A stretch of 64,000 nt of DNA, taken from IMG/VR virus record IMGVR_UViG_3300044568_002024, positions 4,133 through 68,132 of that record; one strand, given 5' to 3'. Within the stretch, counting starts at the first letter, position 1. Every line of letters begins with the position of its first letter. This document shows positions 1-9,732 of this stretch, piece after piece. Both the position numbers and the translations under genes were made by a program. The stretch is from a virus. Under the pieces are notes generated by a model. That model ran no database searches. It was given only the letters and a program-made list of their open reading frames with translations, and had not been told where the DNA came from.

Positions 1-2
1 AA

Positions 3-1010
3 ACAGAAAAGGCTGAACAAGGAAACCTACATCGTGATAGTAAGGTTTTGATTGTTGATGGGATGAATTTATTTATACGCACCTTTTCTGCCATTCCCAC
101 ATTAAACGAAGATGGTGTTCATGTTGGTGGTCTTTCTGGCTTCTTAAAGTCTCTTGGAGCAACAATCCGTATGGTTAATCCCACGCGGGTTGTTGTGGTC
201 TTTGATGGTAAGGGTGGTTCACAAAGAAGAAAAGAAATTTATTCAAACTATAAGGAAGGTAGGGCAATCAAATCAAGGTTAAACCGTGTAGTAGGATTTG
301 AGGATATTGATGATGAGCAATCATCTATCAAATATCAACTGTTTCGTGTTTTTTCATTCCTACAAAATCTGCCACTAACAATACTCTCCATTGATAAAAT
401 CGAAGCAGATGATGCGATTGCCTACCTTTCTTCTTATTTCAAAGAAAAATGTGTTATCCTATCAAACGATAGAGACTTTTTGCAATTAGTCTCCGATAGG
501 GTTGGTGTTTATTTGCCAACTAAAAAGAAAATGTATACTCCAGAAAATCTTTTGGAAGAAACTGGTATATGGTGTGAGAACTACATCATATACAAATCAA
601 TTCTTGGTGACAAGAGCGATAATGTTGCTGGTATAAAAGGTATTGGTGACAAATCAATTCTCAAACATTTCCCTATATTATCAGAAAAAAGAAAAATAAA
701 TTTGGAAATGTTCATAGAATTTTGTAAATTGTATGATAACAAATCGAAGGCAATTCAAGAACTAAAACAAAATCTGAAAGTGTTGGAAACCAATCATCGT
801 ATAATGCAACTTGAAGATGTTGATATTCCATCATCAACTAAATCTACAATTCGTAACATAGTTGATGGTGAAATTGGTGGAATAAATAAGATTGAGTTAG
901 ACAAATTGTTTGTAGAAGATAAACTACAAAATGTTTTATTGAATTGGGACGAGTGGTTGAAGAAAAATTTTACAACATTAAATTCGATTAGGAACAAGTA
1001 TGCAGGATAA
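3..1010 (+). CDS. 5'-3' exonuclease / flap endonuclease (T4 RNase H / Pol I N-terminal type), 5'-truncated by window edge
   Basis: Frame open from base 3; motifs IVDGMN, VVFDGKGG, EADDAIA, SNDRDFLQL, GDKSDNVAGIKGIG (H3TH). Confidence 0.92.
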   Translation, partial: TEKAEQGNLHRDSKVLIVDGMNLFIRTFSAIPTLNEDGVHVGGLSGFLKSLGATIRMVNPTRVVVVFDGKGGSQRRKEIYSNYKEGRAIKSRLNRVVGFEDIDDEQSSIKYQLFRVFSFLQNLPLTILSIDKIEADDAIAYLSSYFKEKCVILSNDRDFLQLVSDRVGVYLPTKKKMYTPENLLEETGIWCENYIIYKSILGDKSDNVAGIKGIGDKSILKHFPILSEKRKINLEMFIEFCKLYDNKSKAIQELKQNLKVLETNHRIMQLEDVDIPSSTKSTIRNIVDGEIGGINKIELDKLFVEDKLQNVLLNWDEWLKKNFTTLNSIRNKYAG

Positions 1011-2352
1011 TTTATCCCAATACGGACATACATTTCAAACAAAAGTTATCACATCACTATTAAACGATAGGTCATTCTTACAACAAGTTTCAGATATAAT
1101 TGAACCAACTTACTTTGAGTCTCAGGCAAATAATTGGATTGTTGCTAGGATAATGTCTTATTATGAAAAGTATAGAACTGCACCAACTGCTGAAGTATTC
1201 AAATCGGAATTGATACAAGTTGAAGATAAAGTTTTGAAAAGCACTATTGCAGATGCTTTGAAAGAAAGTGCAAAATATAAAGACAGCACAGATGGTGAAT
1301 ATGTAAAATTAACTACATTAGAGTTTTGTAAAAATCAAAAGATGAAGGTTGCAATAATTGAGTCTGTTGATTTGCTAAAGAGTGGTAAATATGATTTGAT
1401 AAAAAAGAAAGTTGATAATGCACTTAAAGCTGGAACTGACAAGGATATTGGTCACGATTACATAATTGATGTTGCAGCTCGTTATGAAGAAGGAGCAAGA
1501 ACTTGTGTATCTACTGGTTGGAATGTTGTTGATGATATTACAAATGGTGGACTTGCTGAAGGTGAACTTGGTGTTATCATTGCACCTGCCGGCGGTGGTA
1601 AGTCTTGGGGATTGGTTAGTCTTGCGGCGAATGCAGTTAGAGCGGGTAAGAGAGTTATTTATTACACACTTGAATTAAATCAGTTTTATGTTGCTCGCCG
1701 ATTTGATGCATTCTTTACAAAGATTGCTTTTCAAAATCTTGGTGAAGAACATGCACAGGAAAAAATTCGTGATACAATGGAAACTATCAAGGGTGACCTG
1801 ATTGTAAAGTATTACCCAACTAAAACTGCAAGTATAACAACCGTGTCATCACATATAGAAAAATGTATTAGTCAAGGTAAAAAACCAGATTTGGTTATTG
1901 TTGATTATGCAGATTTGCTTAGACCGTCAAAAGCCGGTGATAAACGATTAGAGTTGAATGATATTTATGAGGACCTTCGTGGTATCGGTGGAACTTATGA
2001 AATACCTATTTGGACTGCATCACAGGCAAATCGTTCTGCTCTTGAAGATGATGTTATCGAAGGTGGTAAAGTTTCAGAATCATACAATAAAATTATGATT
2101 GCAGATTTCATCATGTCACTATCAAGAAAACTAAATGATAAGGTTGGTGGAACAGGTAGATGGCATATTATCAAAAATCGTTTTGGTCCAGATGGTATGA
2201 CATTCCCAAGTAAAATAAATACAATGACTGGTCACATTGAGATATATGAACCATCATCTGATATGGGACAAAGTGTTACTACTTCCATGAAAGGTGAGGT
2301 AAATGTTAAGAAAGCCCTTTCACAGAAATTCAAAGAATTAGAAGGATTCTAA
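1000..2352 (+). CDS. Replicative DNA helicase, DnaB/T4 gp41-like
   Basis: Walker A APAGGGKS, YYTLEL, IVDYADLL, WTASQANR, IIKNRFG. Confidence 0.92.
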   Translation: MQDNLSQYGHTFQTKVITSLLNDRSFLQQVSDIIEPTYFESQANNWIVARIMSYYEKYRTAPTAEVFKSELIQVEDKVLKSTIADALKESAKYKDSTDGEYVKLTTLEFCKNQKMKVAIIESVDLLKSGKYDLIKKKVDNALKAGTDKDIGHDYIIDVAARYEEGARTCVSTGWNVVDDITNGGLAEGELGVIIAPAGGGKSWGLVSLAANAVRAGKRVIYYTLELNQFYVARRFDAFFTKIAFQNLGEEHAQEKIRDTMETIKGDLIVKYYPTKTASITTVSSHIEKCISQGKKPDLVIVDYADLLRPSKAGDKRLELNDIYEDLRGIGGTYEIPIWTASQANRSALEDDVIEGGKVSESYNKIMIADFIMSLSRKLNDKVGGTGRWHIIKNRFGPDGMTFPSKINTMTGHIEIYEPSSDMGQSVTTSMKGEVNVKKALSQKFKELEGF

Positions 2353-2429
2353 TACTTATACCTGACTTCGTTTCGTATCATGTTTCGTTTGTTACGATGA
2401 ATGATATTATCAACAAACGAGGTTTAAGA

Positions 2430-3005
2430 ATGAAAACACGAATTAGTCATGTAAACGGTAAATATGACTTGGAAACGAGTGCCGATTTATGTGAAGTGTT
2501 TTGTGTTCCAACTGGAGAATCATCCAGAGAATTATTTGAAAGTGGATGGTTGCCTGCCGGAAATGACGAGTGGTATCAATGTAGGTCTGCTCGTGTAAAA
2601 CTAAATCCTATTTCTGGTAACAGAAGAAGGAAGTTAAAAAAAATAAAAGTTTCTAATGATGGTGACTACATACAAATTTTAGAAAATGTAAAACATTTAT
2701 ATCCATCAGTAGTATTTGGCGAAGTTAAAAATGCATTATCAAAACCACACGAAATTTACTATTTCAATGATGATGTTTTTTCTATACTAAATTGGTATGA
2801 TGACATACCATATGTTCCTGTTTTACTCGGTGGTAGATTAGACAAGACTGGTGTAACACCAATAGTTCACTACTACTTTATAGACAAATTGGTTGGAAAC
2901 AACTATCCTTATTTATACATTTCCGAATGGTATGAACAGTTCCACTACAAATCAAAATTGCCTGGATTTGAATGGTGGAATGGGGAAAACTGGGTTACAA
3001 AATAA
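2430..3005 (+). CDS. Putative aminoacyl-tRNA-protein transferase (Bpt/ATE-like)
   Basis: ATG 2430 after GAGG; LFESGW..WYQCRSARV..NRRRKLKK and C-terminal YLYISEWY..YKSKLPGFEWW resemble Bpt/ATE N- and C-terminal motifs. Confidence 0.5.
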   Translation: MKTRISHVNGKYDLETSADLCEVFCVPTGESSRELFESGWLPAGNDEWYQCRSARVKLNPISGNRRRKLKKIKVSNDGDYIQILENVKHLYPSVVFGEVKNALSKPHEIYYFNDDVFSILNWYDDIPYVPVLLGGRLDKTGVTPIVHYYFIDKLVGNNYPYLYISEWYEQFHYKSKLPGFEWWNGENWVTK

Positions 3006-3112
3006 TTTGAAAAAACCCAATTTTTTATTCAAAACCATATACTTATCTGTGTATGGTTTTGTTTTATAGTAGCAAAATAACGTTTTCAATAAAAAAATCA
3101 ATGGAGAAATAA

Positions 3113-4966
3113 ATGGACATTAGCAATCGCATCTTGTCTGAAATTACTGTTTATATGAAATATGCTCGTTTCATTCCAGAAAAAAATCGTAGGGAAACAT
3201 GGGAAGAATTGGTAACTAGAAATAAAGAAATGCACCAAAGAAAATACCCGCAATTAAAAGACGAGATTGAAAATGTCTATAAATTTGTGTATGATAAAAA
3301 AGTTTTACCATCAATGCGTTCATTGCAGTTTGGTGGTAAACCAATAGAGATTTCTCCTAACAGAATTTACAACTGTGCTTATTTGCCGATTGATGACTGG
3401 CGTGCATTTGGTGAAGTGATGTTTCTTCTTCTTGGTGGAACTGGTGTTGGTTATTCTGTTCAGAAACATCATGTTGAAGAACTACCTGCAATCCACAGAC
3501 CAAAGAGTAAAGAAAGAAGATTTCTTATTAGTGATTCAATCGAAGGTTGGGCAGATGCAGTTAAGGCATTGATGAAGTCATACTTTACAGGTGGTTCATC
3601 TATTCGTTTTGATTATTCAGATATTCGTCACAAAGGTGCTCGTCTGATTACAAGTGGTGGTAAGGCACCTGGTCCAGAACCGCTTCGTATTTGTATTGAG
3701 AAGATTAGAGCAATACTTGATTTGAAACAAGACGGTGATCAACTTTCATCTATTGAAGTTCACGATATTGTTTGTCATATTGCAGATGCAGTTCTTGCCG
3801 GTGGTATTCGCCGTGCCGCTCTTATATCTCTTTTCTCTGCTGATGATGACGATATGATTTCATGTAAGTTTGGAAATTGGTGGGAACTCAATCCACAAAG
3901 AGGCAGAGCTAATAATTCTGCTGTTCTTCTTCGTAGTAAAGTTTCCGAAGAATTTTTCAAAACAATTTGGAAGAAAATAGAATTATCGAATGCAGGTGAA
4001 CCTGGTATTTATCTTTCAAACGATAAAGATTGGGGAACAAACCCTTGTTGTGAGATTGCACTTCGTCCTTTCCAATTCTGTAATCTTTGTGAGGTAAATG
4101 TTTCCGATGTTGAAAGTCAAGAAGATTTGGATGCAAGAGTTCGTGCCGCTTCTTTCATTGGAACATTACAAGCCGGATATACGGACTTCCATTACCTACG
4201 TCCTATATGGCAAAGAACAACAGAAAAGGATGCACTCCTCGGTGTTGGTATGACTGGTATAGGTTCTGGTAAAGTTCAAAAATTAGATTTGAAGGCGGCT
4301 GCTAAAGTTTCTCGTGAGGAAAACGAAAGAGTTGCTGGTATCATCGGTATCAATCGTAGTGCAAGAACAACAACAATTAAACCTGCTGGAACATCATCAT
4401 TGACATTAGGTTGTTCATCAGGCATTCATGCATGGCACAATGATTTTTATTTACGCCGTGTTCGTGTTGGTAAGAATGAGGCAATTTATTCTTATCTTGC
4501 AATCAATCATCCTGAATTAGTTGAAGATGAATACTTCCGTCCACATGATACTGCTGTTATTGGTGTTCCACAAAAGGCACCAGACGGTGCTATTATGAGA
4601 ACCGAATCACCATTGCAGTTGTTGGAAAGAGTAAAGTGGTTCAATCAGAATTGGATTAAACCTGGACACAGAACTGGTATGAATACTCATAACATTTCCG
4701 CAACAGTTTCAATCCGTGAACATGAATGGGATGCCGTTGGTAATTGGATGTGGGAAAACAAAGAACACTTCAATGGCCTTTCGGTATTGCCTTATGATGG
4801 TGGAACATATATTCAGGCACCATTTGAAGATATTACAGAAGAAAAATATAATCAGTTGATGGAAACATTGCATGATGTTGATTTGTCCAAAATAGTAGAA
4901 TTGGATGATAATACTGATTTATCAGGCGAACTTGCTTGTGCCGGTGGTGCTTGTGAAATAAAATAA
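3113..4966 (+). CDS. nrdJ: Class II (adenosylcobalamin-dependent) ribonucleotide reductase
   Basis: LPSMRSLQFGG, YNCAY, GGIRRAA, TNPCCEI, TTIKPAGT, C-terminal CAGGACE. Confidence 0.92.
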   Translation: MDISNRILSEITVYMKYARFIPEKNRRETWEELVTRNKEMHQRKYPQLKDEIENVYKFVYDKKVLPSMRSLQFGGKPIEISPNRIYNCAYLPIDDWRAFGEVMFLLLGGTGVGYSVQKHHVEELPAIHRPKSKERRFLISDSIEGWADAVKALMKSYFTGGSSIRFDYSDIRHKGARLITSGGKAPGPEPLRICIEKIRAILDLKQDGDQLSSIEVHDIVCHIADAVLAGGIRRAALISLFSADDDDMISCKFGNWWELNPQRGRANNSAVLLRSKVSEEFFKTIWKKIELSNAGEPGIYLSNDKDWGTNPCCEIALRPFQFCNLCEVNVSDVESQEDLDARVRAASFIGTLQAGYTDFHYLRPIWQRTTEKDALLGVGMTGIGSGKVQKLDLKAAAKVSREENERVAGIIGINRSARTTTIKPAGTSSLTLGCSSGIHAWHNDFYLRRVRVGKNEAIYSYLAINHPELVEDEYFRPHDTAVIGVPQKAPDGAIMRTESPLQLLERVKWFNQNWIKPGHRTGMNTHNISATVSIREHEWDAVGNWMWENKEHFNGLSVLPYDGGTYIQAPFEDITEEKYNQLMETLHDVDLSKIVELDDNTDLSGELACAGGACEIK

Positions 4967-5011
4967 AAAGAATAGTGTTATAGTTCTTTGACATAATTTA
5001 GGAGAAAAGTT

Positions 5012-5323
5012 ATGGAAAATTTTTTAATGCCATTTTTAATGGGTATATGTGCGGTTACAGTTGTGGCACTAATCACAGTTGTAGTTGTGGGTATATTCCG
5101 AATTAACAGATTAACCAAAGAACTTGATAGAACCGTAAAAGAGATTGACAGTATTAAAAGGGTTATTGATTCAAGGGTAGATTCACTTCGTTCAATTCTT
5201 GAAAAGGAAGACTTAAATCTTCATCAAAGAATTGACAATATGTTTACATACATAGATGGTCAAGATAGGGACTTGCATCAAAGAATTGACGAATTGGGTA
5301 GACAAAATACAATTAACAAATAA
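5012..5323 (+). CDS. Membrane-anchored coiled-coil protein
   Basis: N-terminal hydrophobic helix, heptad-rich body with duplicated LHQRID. Confidence 0.7.
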   Translation: MENFLMPFLMGICAVTVVALITVVVVGIFRINRLTKELDRTVKEIDSIKRVIDSRVDSLRSILEKEDLNLHQRIDNMFTYIDGQDRDLHQRIDELGRQNTINK

Positions 5324-5373
5324 TTATTATTAACACGGTTGAAGAACTATAACACTTACTATTTTTGAAAAAC

Positions 5374-6249
5374 ATGATTAAATTAAAAGATATATTATTA
5401 GAAGGTGGAAATTTATTTGCAGATGCAGTTGGTATAAAACAAAGTGAAGTTATGCCAACGGTCAAAAAAATAGAAACTGATATTTTGAAACCATTGGGAT
5501 TGATTGGATTCGGAACTGATTGTTTCATATTAGGAAGTGCAGGGAAGAAACCTGCCGACCAATTATCCGGTGATTTAGATATTGGTATTTCTATGGATCA
5601 AATTGCTTCGGCCAATGAATTGAAATTGAGTGAGGTATTTAATTGGATGTCAGACAAATTAAGTGCCATGGGATATGAAACAGAACCAATGCGTGGGTTT
5701 TCACAAATATCTATACCATACGAAATAGTCGGTAGAAATACCGGTGAACCAGTTCAAGTAGATTTTATGTTATCGAATAATTTGAATTGGACACAATTTG
5801 TTTATTCGTCTCCAGATTATTCAAAGAGTGAATCAAAATATAAATCTGCGTATAGAAACTTTTTATTGGGTGCAGTTGTTGCTGCATTTGATTACAAAGT
5901 ATTGAAGAAAACAGATAAAGATGTTCCGATTGAAATTCAAAAATATGTAATGAGACATGATAAAGGAATTTTCAATCTGATAAAAAATTATTCTGGCAAA
6001 GGCGGTGGCGTAATTAAGTCCGGAAAAACAATAGCCGGAAGTGAGAGTTTTTTAACACAAACACCGGAAGAAATGGTGAATTTCTTTTTAGGTGATCAAT
6101 ATAGCCCTATGGATATTTCATCATTTGAAAAACTACATGATGTTGTTTTTAACAAACAGAGTAAAGTTTCAGGAATGAGAGAACTAATCCGTAAGTTTTT
6201 TATTCAAAATATAACCGATGCAAAATTACCGATACCGGAAATTGTATAG
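5374..6249 (+). CDS. Pol-beta-superfamily nucleotidyltransferase-like protein with MIKLKDILLE leader
   Basis: LGSAGKK...SGDLDIG (GS..DxD) plus third Asp in VQVDFML. Confidence 0.6.
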   Translation: MIKLKDILLEGGNLFADAVGIKQSEVMPTVKKIETDILKPLGLIGFGTDCFILGSAGKKPADQLSGDLDIGISMDQIASANELKLSEVFNWMSDKLSAMGYETEPMRGFSQISIPYEIVGRNTGEPVQVDFMLSNNLNWTQFVYSSPDYSKSESKYKSAYRNFLLGAVVAAFDYKVLKKTDKDVPIEIQKYVMRHDKGIFNLIKNYSGKGGGVIKSGKTIAGSESFLTQTPEEMVNFFLGDQYSPMDISSFEKLHDVVFNKQSKVSGMRELIRKFFIQNITDAKLPIPEIV

Positions 6250-6267
6250 GTTATCAAAGGAGGTTTT

Positions 6268-6447
6268 ATGTCAAAGCAAGAAATCTATGCACAACTGACA
6301 AATCTATTCAATGAGTTTACAGTTGCACACAATTCAACAAAAAAGAAAGATGCAGCGGCTGCTCGTAAGGCGGCAAGTGCAATCAAAAAGTTGATTACAC
6401 CATACAATCAGGCATCTGTTGCCGAAGCAAAAGAAGCAAAATCTTAA
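6268..6447 (+). CDS. Small basic Hc1 (histone H1-like) protein; not in ORF track
   Basis: AAGGAGG SD then MSKQEIYAQLTNLFNEFTVAHNSTKKKDAAAARKAASAIKKLITPYNQASVAEAKEAKS, followed by terminator. Confidence 0.65.
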   Translation: MSKQEIYAQLTNLFNEFTVAHNSTKKKDAAAARKAASAIKKLITPYNQASVAEAKEAKS

Positions 6448-6451
6448 ACTT

Positions 6452-6477
6452 GGGTGATGGAAACATCACCCTTTTTT
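6452..6477 (+). terminator. Rho-independent terminator
   Basis: GGGTGATG-GAAA-CATCACCC then T6. Confidence 0.9.
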
Positions 6478-6486
6478 GTTTATCCC

Positions 6487-6495
6487 ATATTTATA
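6487..6495 (+). promoter_or_regulatory. Putative late promoter ATATTTATA
   Basis: One of ~12 strand-matched intergenic copies. Confidence 0.6.
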
Positions 6496-6542
6496 TTTAC
6501 AATAGTATTTTTCACACAAAGGTAACTACATGGGATGGCGTA

Positions 6543-6746
6543 ATGTTAAGAGGAAGTGCAAGAAAATACAAAGATGTGCTGGCAAAAGTATGTTTAATAC
6601 TTGGGACTTTTTTCAATCCGCTTGGATTCGATGCGGCTTTTGCTTTAGTGACAAAACTTACAGAGAGTTACGTACTTACCGATATTATATTCTATTCGGT
6701 GGCGCTGTTCTTTTTTGGACTTTATTTTTTATTATCCCGTAAATAA
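6543..6746 (+). CDS. Small two-TM membrane protein (overlaps alternative frame 6530-6742)
   Basis: Hydrophobic VCLILGTFFNPLGFD and IIFYSVALFFFGLYFLL; coding frame uncertain. Confidence 0.5.
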   Translation: MLRGSARKYKDVLAKVCLILGTFFNPLGFDAAFALVTKLTESYVLTDIIFYSVALFFFGLYFLLSRK

Positions 6747-6758
6747 TTGGAGGAAATG

Positions 6759-7109
6759 ATGAGTATTTCATCTAGAAAACAACTTTTAGAAGAAGCAGGT
6801 AAAGTATTGAAAATGATTCGTGAAGTAGACGAGGGATTAGACAAGAAAGTAAAATCTGCACTTAAAAAAATTGAAACTGCAATCGAAGAGAAAGGAGATA
6901 AAACACAAGCTCTTATAGAACTTGCCAAACTTCTTGGTGAAAAAAAATGTGTTACTAAATTAGAAGCCATAAAAGAAATTGAAAAGGCAGAGGAAGGGAC
7001 TCCATATTTTATAGATCAATATAAAAAAGAAGTTGAAAAATGTTTAATGGATATTGCTAGAGAAAAATTTGATTCAGATGAATATGGTGCTGTTATCAGT
7101 GCTATCTGA
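6759..7109 (+). CDS. Hypothetical helical protein
   Basis: GGAGG SD; phage-typical composition. Confidence 0.7.
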   Translation: MSISSRKQLLEEAGKVLKMIREVDEGLDKKVKSALKKIETAIEEKGDKTQALIELAKLLGEKKCVTKLEAIKEIEKAEEGTPYFIDQYKKEVEKCLMDIAREKFDSDEYGAVISAI

Positions 7110-7141
7110 TTTTTTTATTGTTATGTGAGTAATTTTATATT

Positions 7142-9661
7142 ATGAATATCCTAAATTTATTAACGGAATGGTCTAAATCAAAACCTTTTTTATCCGATTT
7201 GCTTAATCGAAATAGTGATTGGAAAGATGTTTTATTTCTTGGTTCAAGATCAATAGGTCCAAGATGGTTAAATGAAGAAGGTGCTGCAAAAGAAGAAGCA
7301 GCAATTCTTGAAGCTGCGGGACCTATACCATTTGGAACAAAAGCTGTTCCAATACTATACCCTTGTTATGCTACTAAATGGGAAACATTTGAAGGTAATA
7401 AATTTTATTTTGACGATACTCCAATAGATTTGCCTAAAAACGGTAAATGGAAATATAGATTACCAGTTACTTATGATTTAGCTAAAAAAACGTTTCAAGC
7501 AAATTCTATTGATACCATTTACCCAAATGTAAGTAATATAAAAATAGAGGATAGATCAAAAGGTGGATTCAGAGAAACCGATCACTATTTTGTTAGATCA
7601 AATGGAGAAGTTTGGATAAAGGGTAATACTCCATATTTGAATTTGGCTATAACTGTTAATTGGAAAAACGATTCAGGCGGTTCAAACTCAACTCGTATAG
7701 AAATACCACCAGAAGATTTTATATTAAATGGTAAATTGATTTCTGTATCTGATAGAAAAGTTAGAGTTCCATATCGTCCTTGCTATGAAGGTTTTGAAAA
7801 TTTATATGAAATAAAAGACTATGTAGTAACATTTAATAGAAAAGTATGTCATTCTTCATATGACACAAATGATGCTATTGATTCGGTTCTAATGAACGGA
7901 CCATCAAATCCCGCACCTCCTAGATTTAATCCAGATGGAACACTAGCACCTTGGTCAGAATTTGCAACTTTCAAAGAAGGTATTTTTGCATACACACGTG
8001 ATTATACAGAAGAAACTGTTGAACAAACCGTAATTGATGACAGAGGGAATCCAACTGGACAAAAAAGTATAGGATATGAAATAGTAGAAGCTGGTGCTAG
8101 TCTTAAATATATTGGTGGAAAGACTTGGGGTGAGGCGTTCAAAAAAGTAAATAAAGATACTGGATTGCCTCTAAATGGATATACTCAAAATGCATATGAA
8201 CCAGAAGAAGATGCTTTATATTATTTATCTGCTAGTATAGAAACCAGAACAACAACGATAAAAGAATATACCAATCAAACTCGTTTTTCCGATTTGTTGA
8301 ATTGTGAATGTATCGAGTTAAACATAATAACACCACCAACTATTAACAGATTTTTGACACCAGATTGTGATTGTACTGTTACAGTAAGTGAAGAAATTTA
8401 TATTATCTGTCCTGATCAATTTACAACTAAAGCATACAATGAATATCTAAATGGAAGACAGACTCCGCCTGAAATAGATGATTTGATTGATCCAAATGAT
8501 CCATTGGCAATAGAGCCGACTTATAGAAGAATAATAACTGCAGATCCATGTGAGTTTGGGGATGATTCTAGTAGAGTATGGCAAAGATTTGCATCCAGAG
8601 ACATTAGAGATATTGTTAAAAATGAAATTGATGGATTATTTGATGGTCAAGAAACAATAGATTGTTATTCTACTGGTTCAACTCAAAATGAGTTAAGTAA
8701 GGCATATTACTATGATGTTACTAAATGTGATATATGTGAGGTTAGTAAATCATATTTTTCAGTTTCATTCGGTCATTATGCTGGTTCTGGATCTTTGTTT
8801 GAATCATTTGAGGATGAAGATTCTCCATCTAGATCAATTTTTAGTCAATATAGACTGAAGGCACTTGATGATTTTTCCGAAAACTTTACATATTACAATA
8901 ATGGATCAATCAATACATCTAACATGATTTATGTTATGACTTTCAATCGAAATTCTATAAAAGATAGAATAGATCCTGGAAATTTTCAAATCAATCTTTC
9001 TGAATTAAACGGAACATCATATTCAAACATTTTTTATACGGGAAGTAATGTTCAAGTTAGTTCATCAAATAAAATACTTTCTCTTATAGATAATTCCGGT
9101 GACTTAACTGACATGAGTTCTTGTTCTGAATTGAATGCAATGTATTCTTTTGATATTGTTAGTGGTTCATTAACATCTGGAATACATTCATCTGGAGTTG
9201 GTAATGTATCTTCAAATCCAAATCTAACAACTTATGGTAAAGTTTATCCAAATTTGGGCGTTATAGTTTTGGATGCTGATATGTTAAATTCAGAATTGAA
9301 TTTTAACACGGTTACTGGTAGTAATATAAATGGGGATAATCACTATAAACTTTTTACATCATTGAGTGGATCTGCTGCTTTAGGGCAACCAAGTAAATTT
9401 AGAAATTCAAGACAAAGAAATATAAAAAATTACTCTGTTAGAATTGCTCCCGTTGAATGTAATGTTTCAAATAATCCAACATATTTGAAAGAATACGGTA
9501 GATTAAAATACGCCTGTTTCATAGAAAATCCAGTTACATACATAACAACAGTTGGTCTTTACAATAGTGCCAAAGAGTTACTTGCTATTGCAAAATTAAG
9601 TAAGCCAATTAAAAAAACAAAAGATGATACTGTTGATATAAAAATTAGACTCGGTTTGTAA
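7142..9661 (+). CDS. Probable virion structural (tail/baseplate-type) protein
   Basis: 839 aa, beta-rich S/G/N/T composition, C-terminal YITTVGLYN..ELLAIAKLSKPIKK tail-collar-like motif. Confidence 0.6.
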   Translation: MNILNLLTEWSKSKPFLSDLLNRNSDWKDVLFLGSRSIGPRWLNEEGAAKEEAAILEAAGPIPFGTKAVPILYPCYATKWETFEGNKFYFDDTPIDLPKNGKWKYRLPVTYDLAKKTFQANSIDTIYPNVSNIKIEDRSKGGFRETDHYFVRSNGEVWIKGNTPYLNLAITVNWKNDSGGSNSTRIEIPPEDFILNGKLISVSDRKVRVPYRPCYEGFENLYEIKDYVVTFNRKVCHSSYDTNDAIDSVLMNGPSNPAPPRFNPDGTLAPWSEFATFKEGIFAYTRDYTEETVEQTVIDDRGNPTGQKSIGYEIVEAGASLKYIGGKTWGEAFKKVNKDTGLPLNGYTQNAYEPEEDALYYLSASIETRTTTIKEYTNQTRFSDLLNCECIELNIITPPTINRFLTPDCDCTVTVSEEIYIICPDQFTTKAYNEYLNGRQTPPEIDDLIDPNDPLAIEPTYRRIITADPCEFGDDSSRVWQRFASRDIRDIVKNEIDGLFDGQETIDCYSTGSTQNELSKAYYYDVTKCDICEVSKSYFSVSFGHYAGSGSLFESFEDEDSPSRSIFSQYRLKALDDFSENFTYYNNGSINTSNMIYVMTFNRNSIKDRIDPGNFQINLSELNGTSYSNIFYTGSNVQVSSSNKILSLIDNSGDLTDMSSCSELNAMYSFDIVSGSLTSGIHSSGVGNVSSNPNLTTYGKVYPNLGVIVLDADMLNSELNFNTVTGSNINGDNHYKLFTSLSGSAALGQPSKFRNSRQRNIKNYSVRIAPVECNVSNNPTYLKEYGRLKYACFIENPVTYITTVGLYNSAKELLAIAKLSKPIKKTKDDTVDIKIRLGL

Positions 9662-9668
9662 AAAAAAA

Positions 9669-9700
9669 TTTGCTTATTTGGTTAAATTTTCTTATATTTG
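9669..9700 (+). promoter_or_regulatory. Bacteroidota-type -33/-7 promoter
   Basis: TTTG-N20-TATATTTG. Confidence 0.7.
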
Positions 9701-9732
9701 ATTATGATGTTAAACAAAATTGAGGTTTCATT

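Noticed and set aside
6450-6542. TTG start at 6450 for the membrane ORF
   Set aside because: Lies in the terminator hairpin and upstream of the late-type motif
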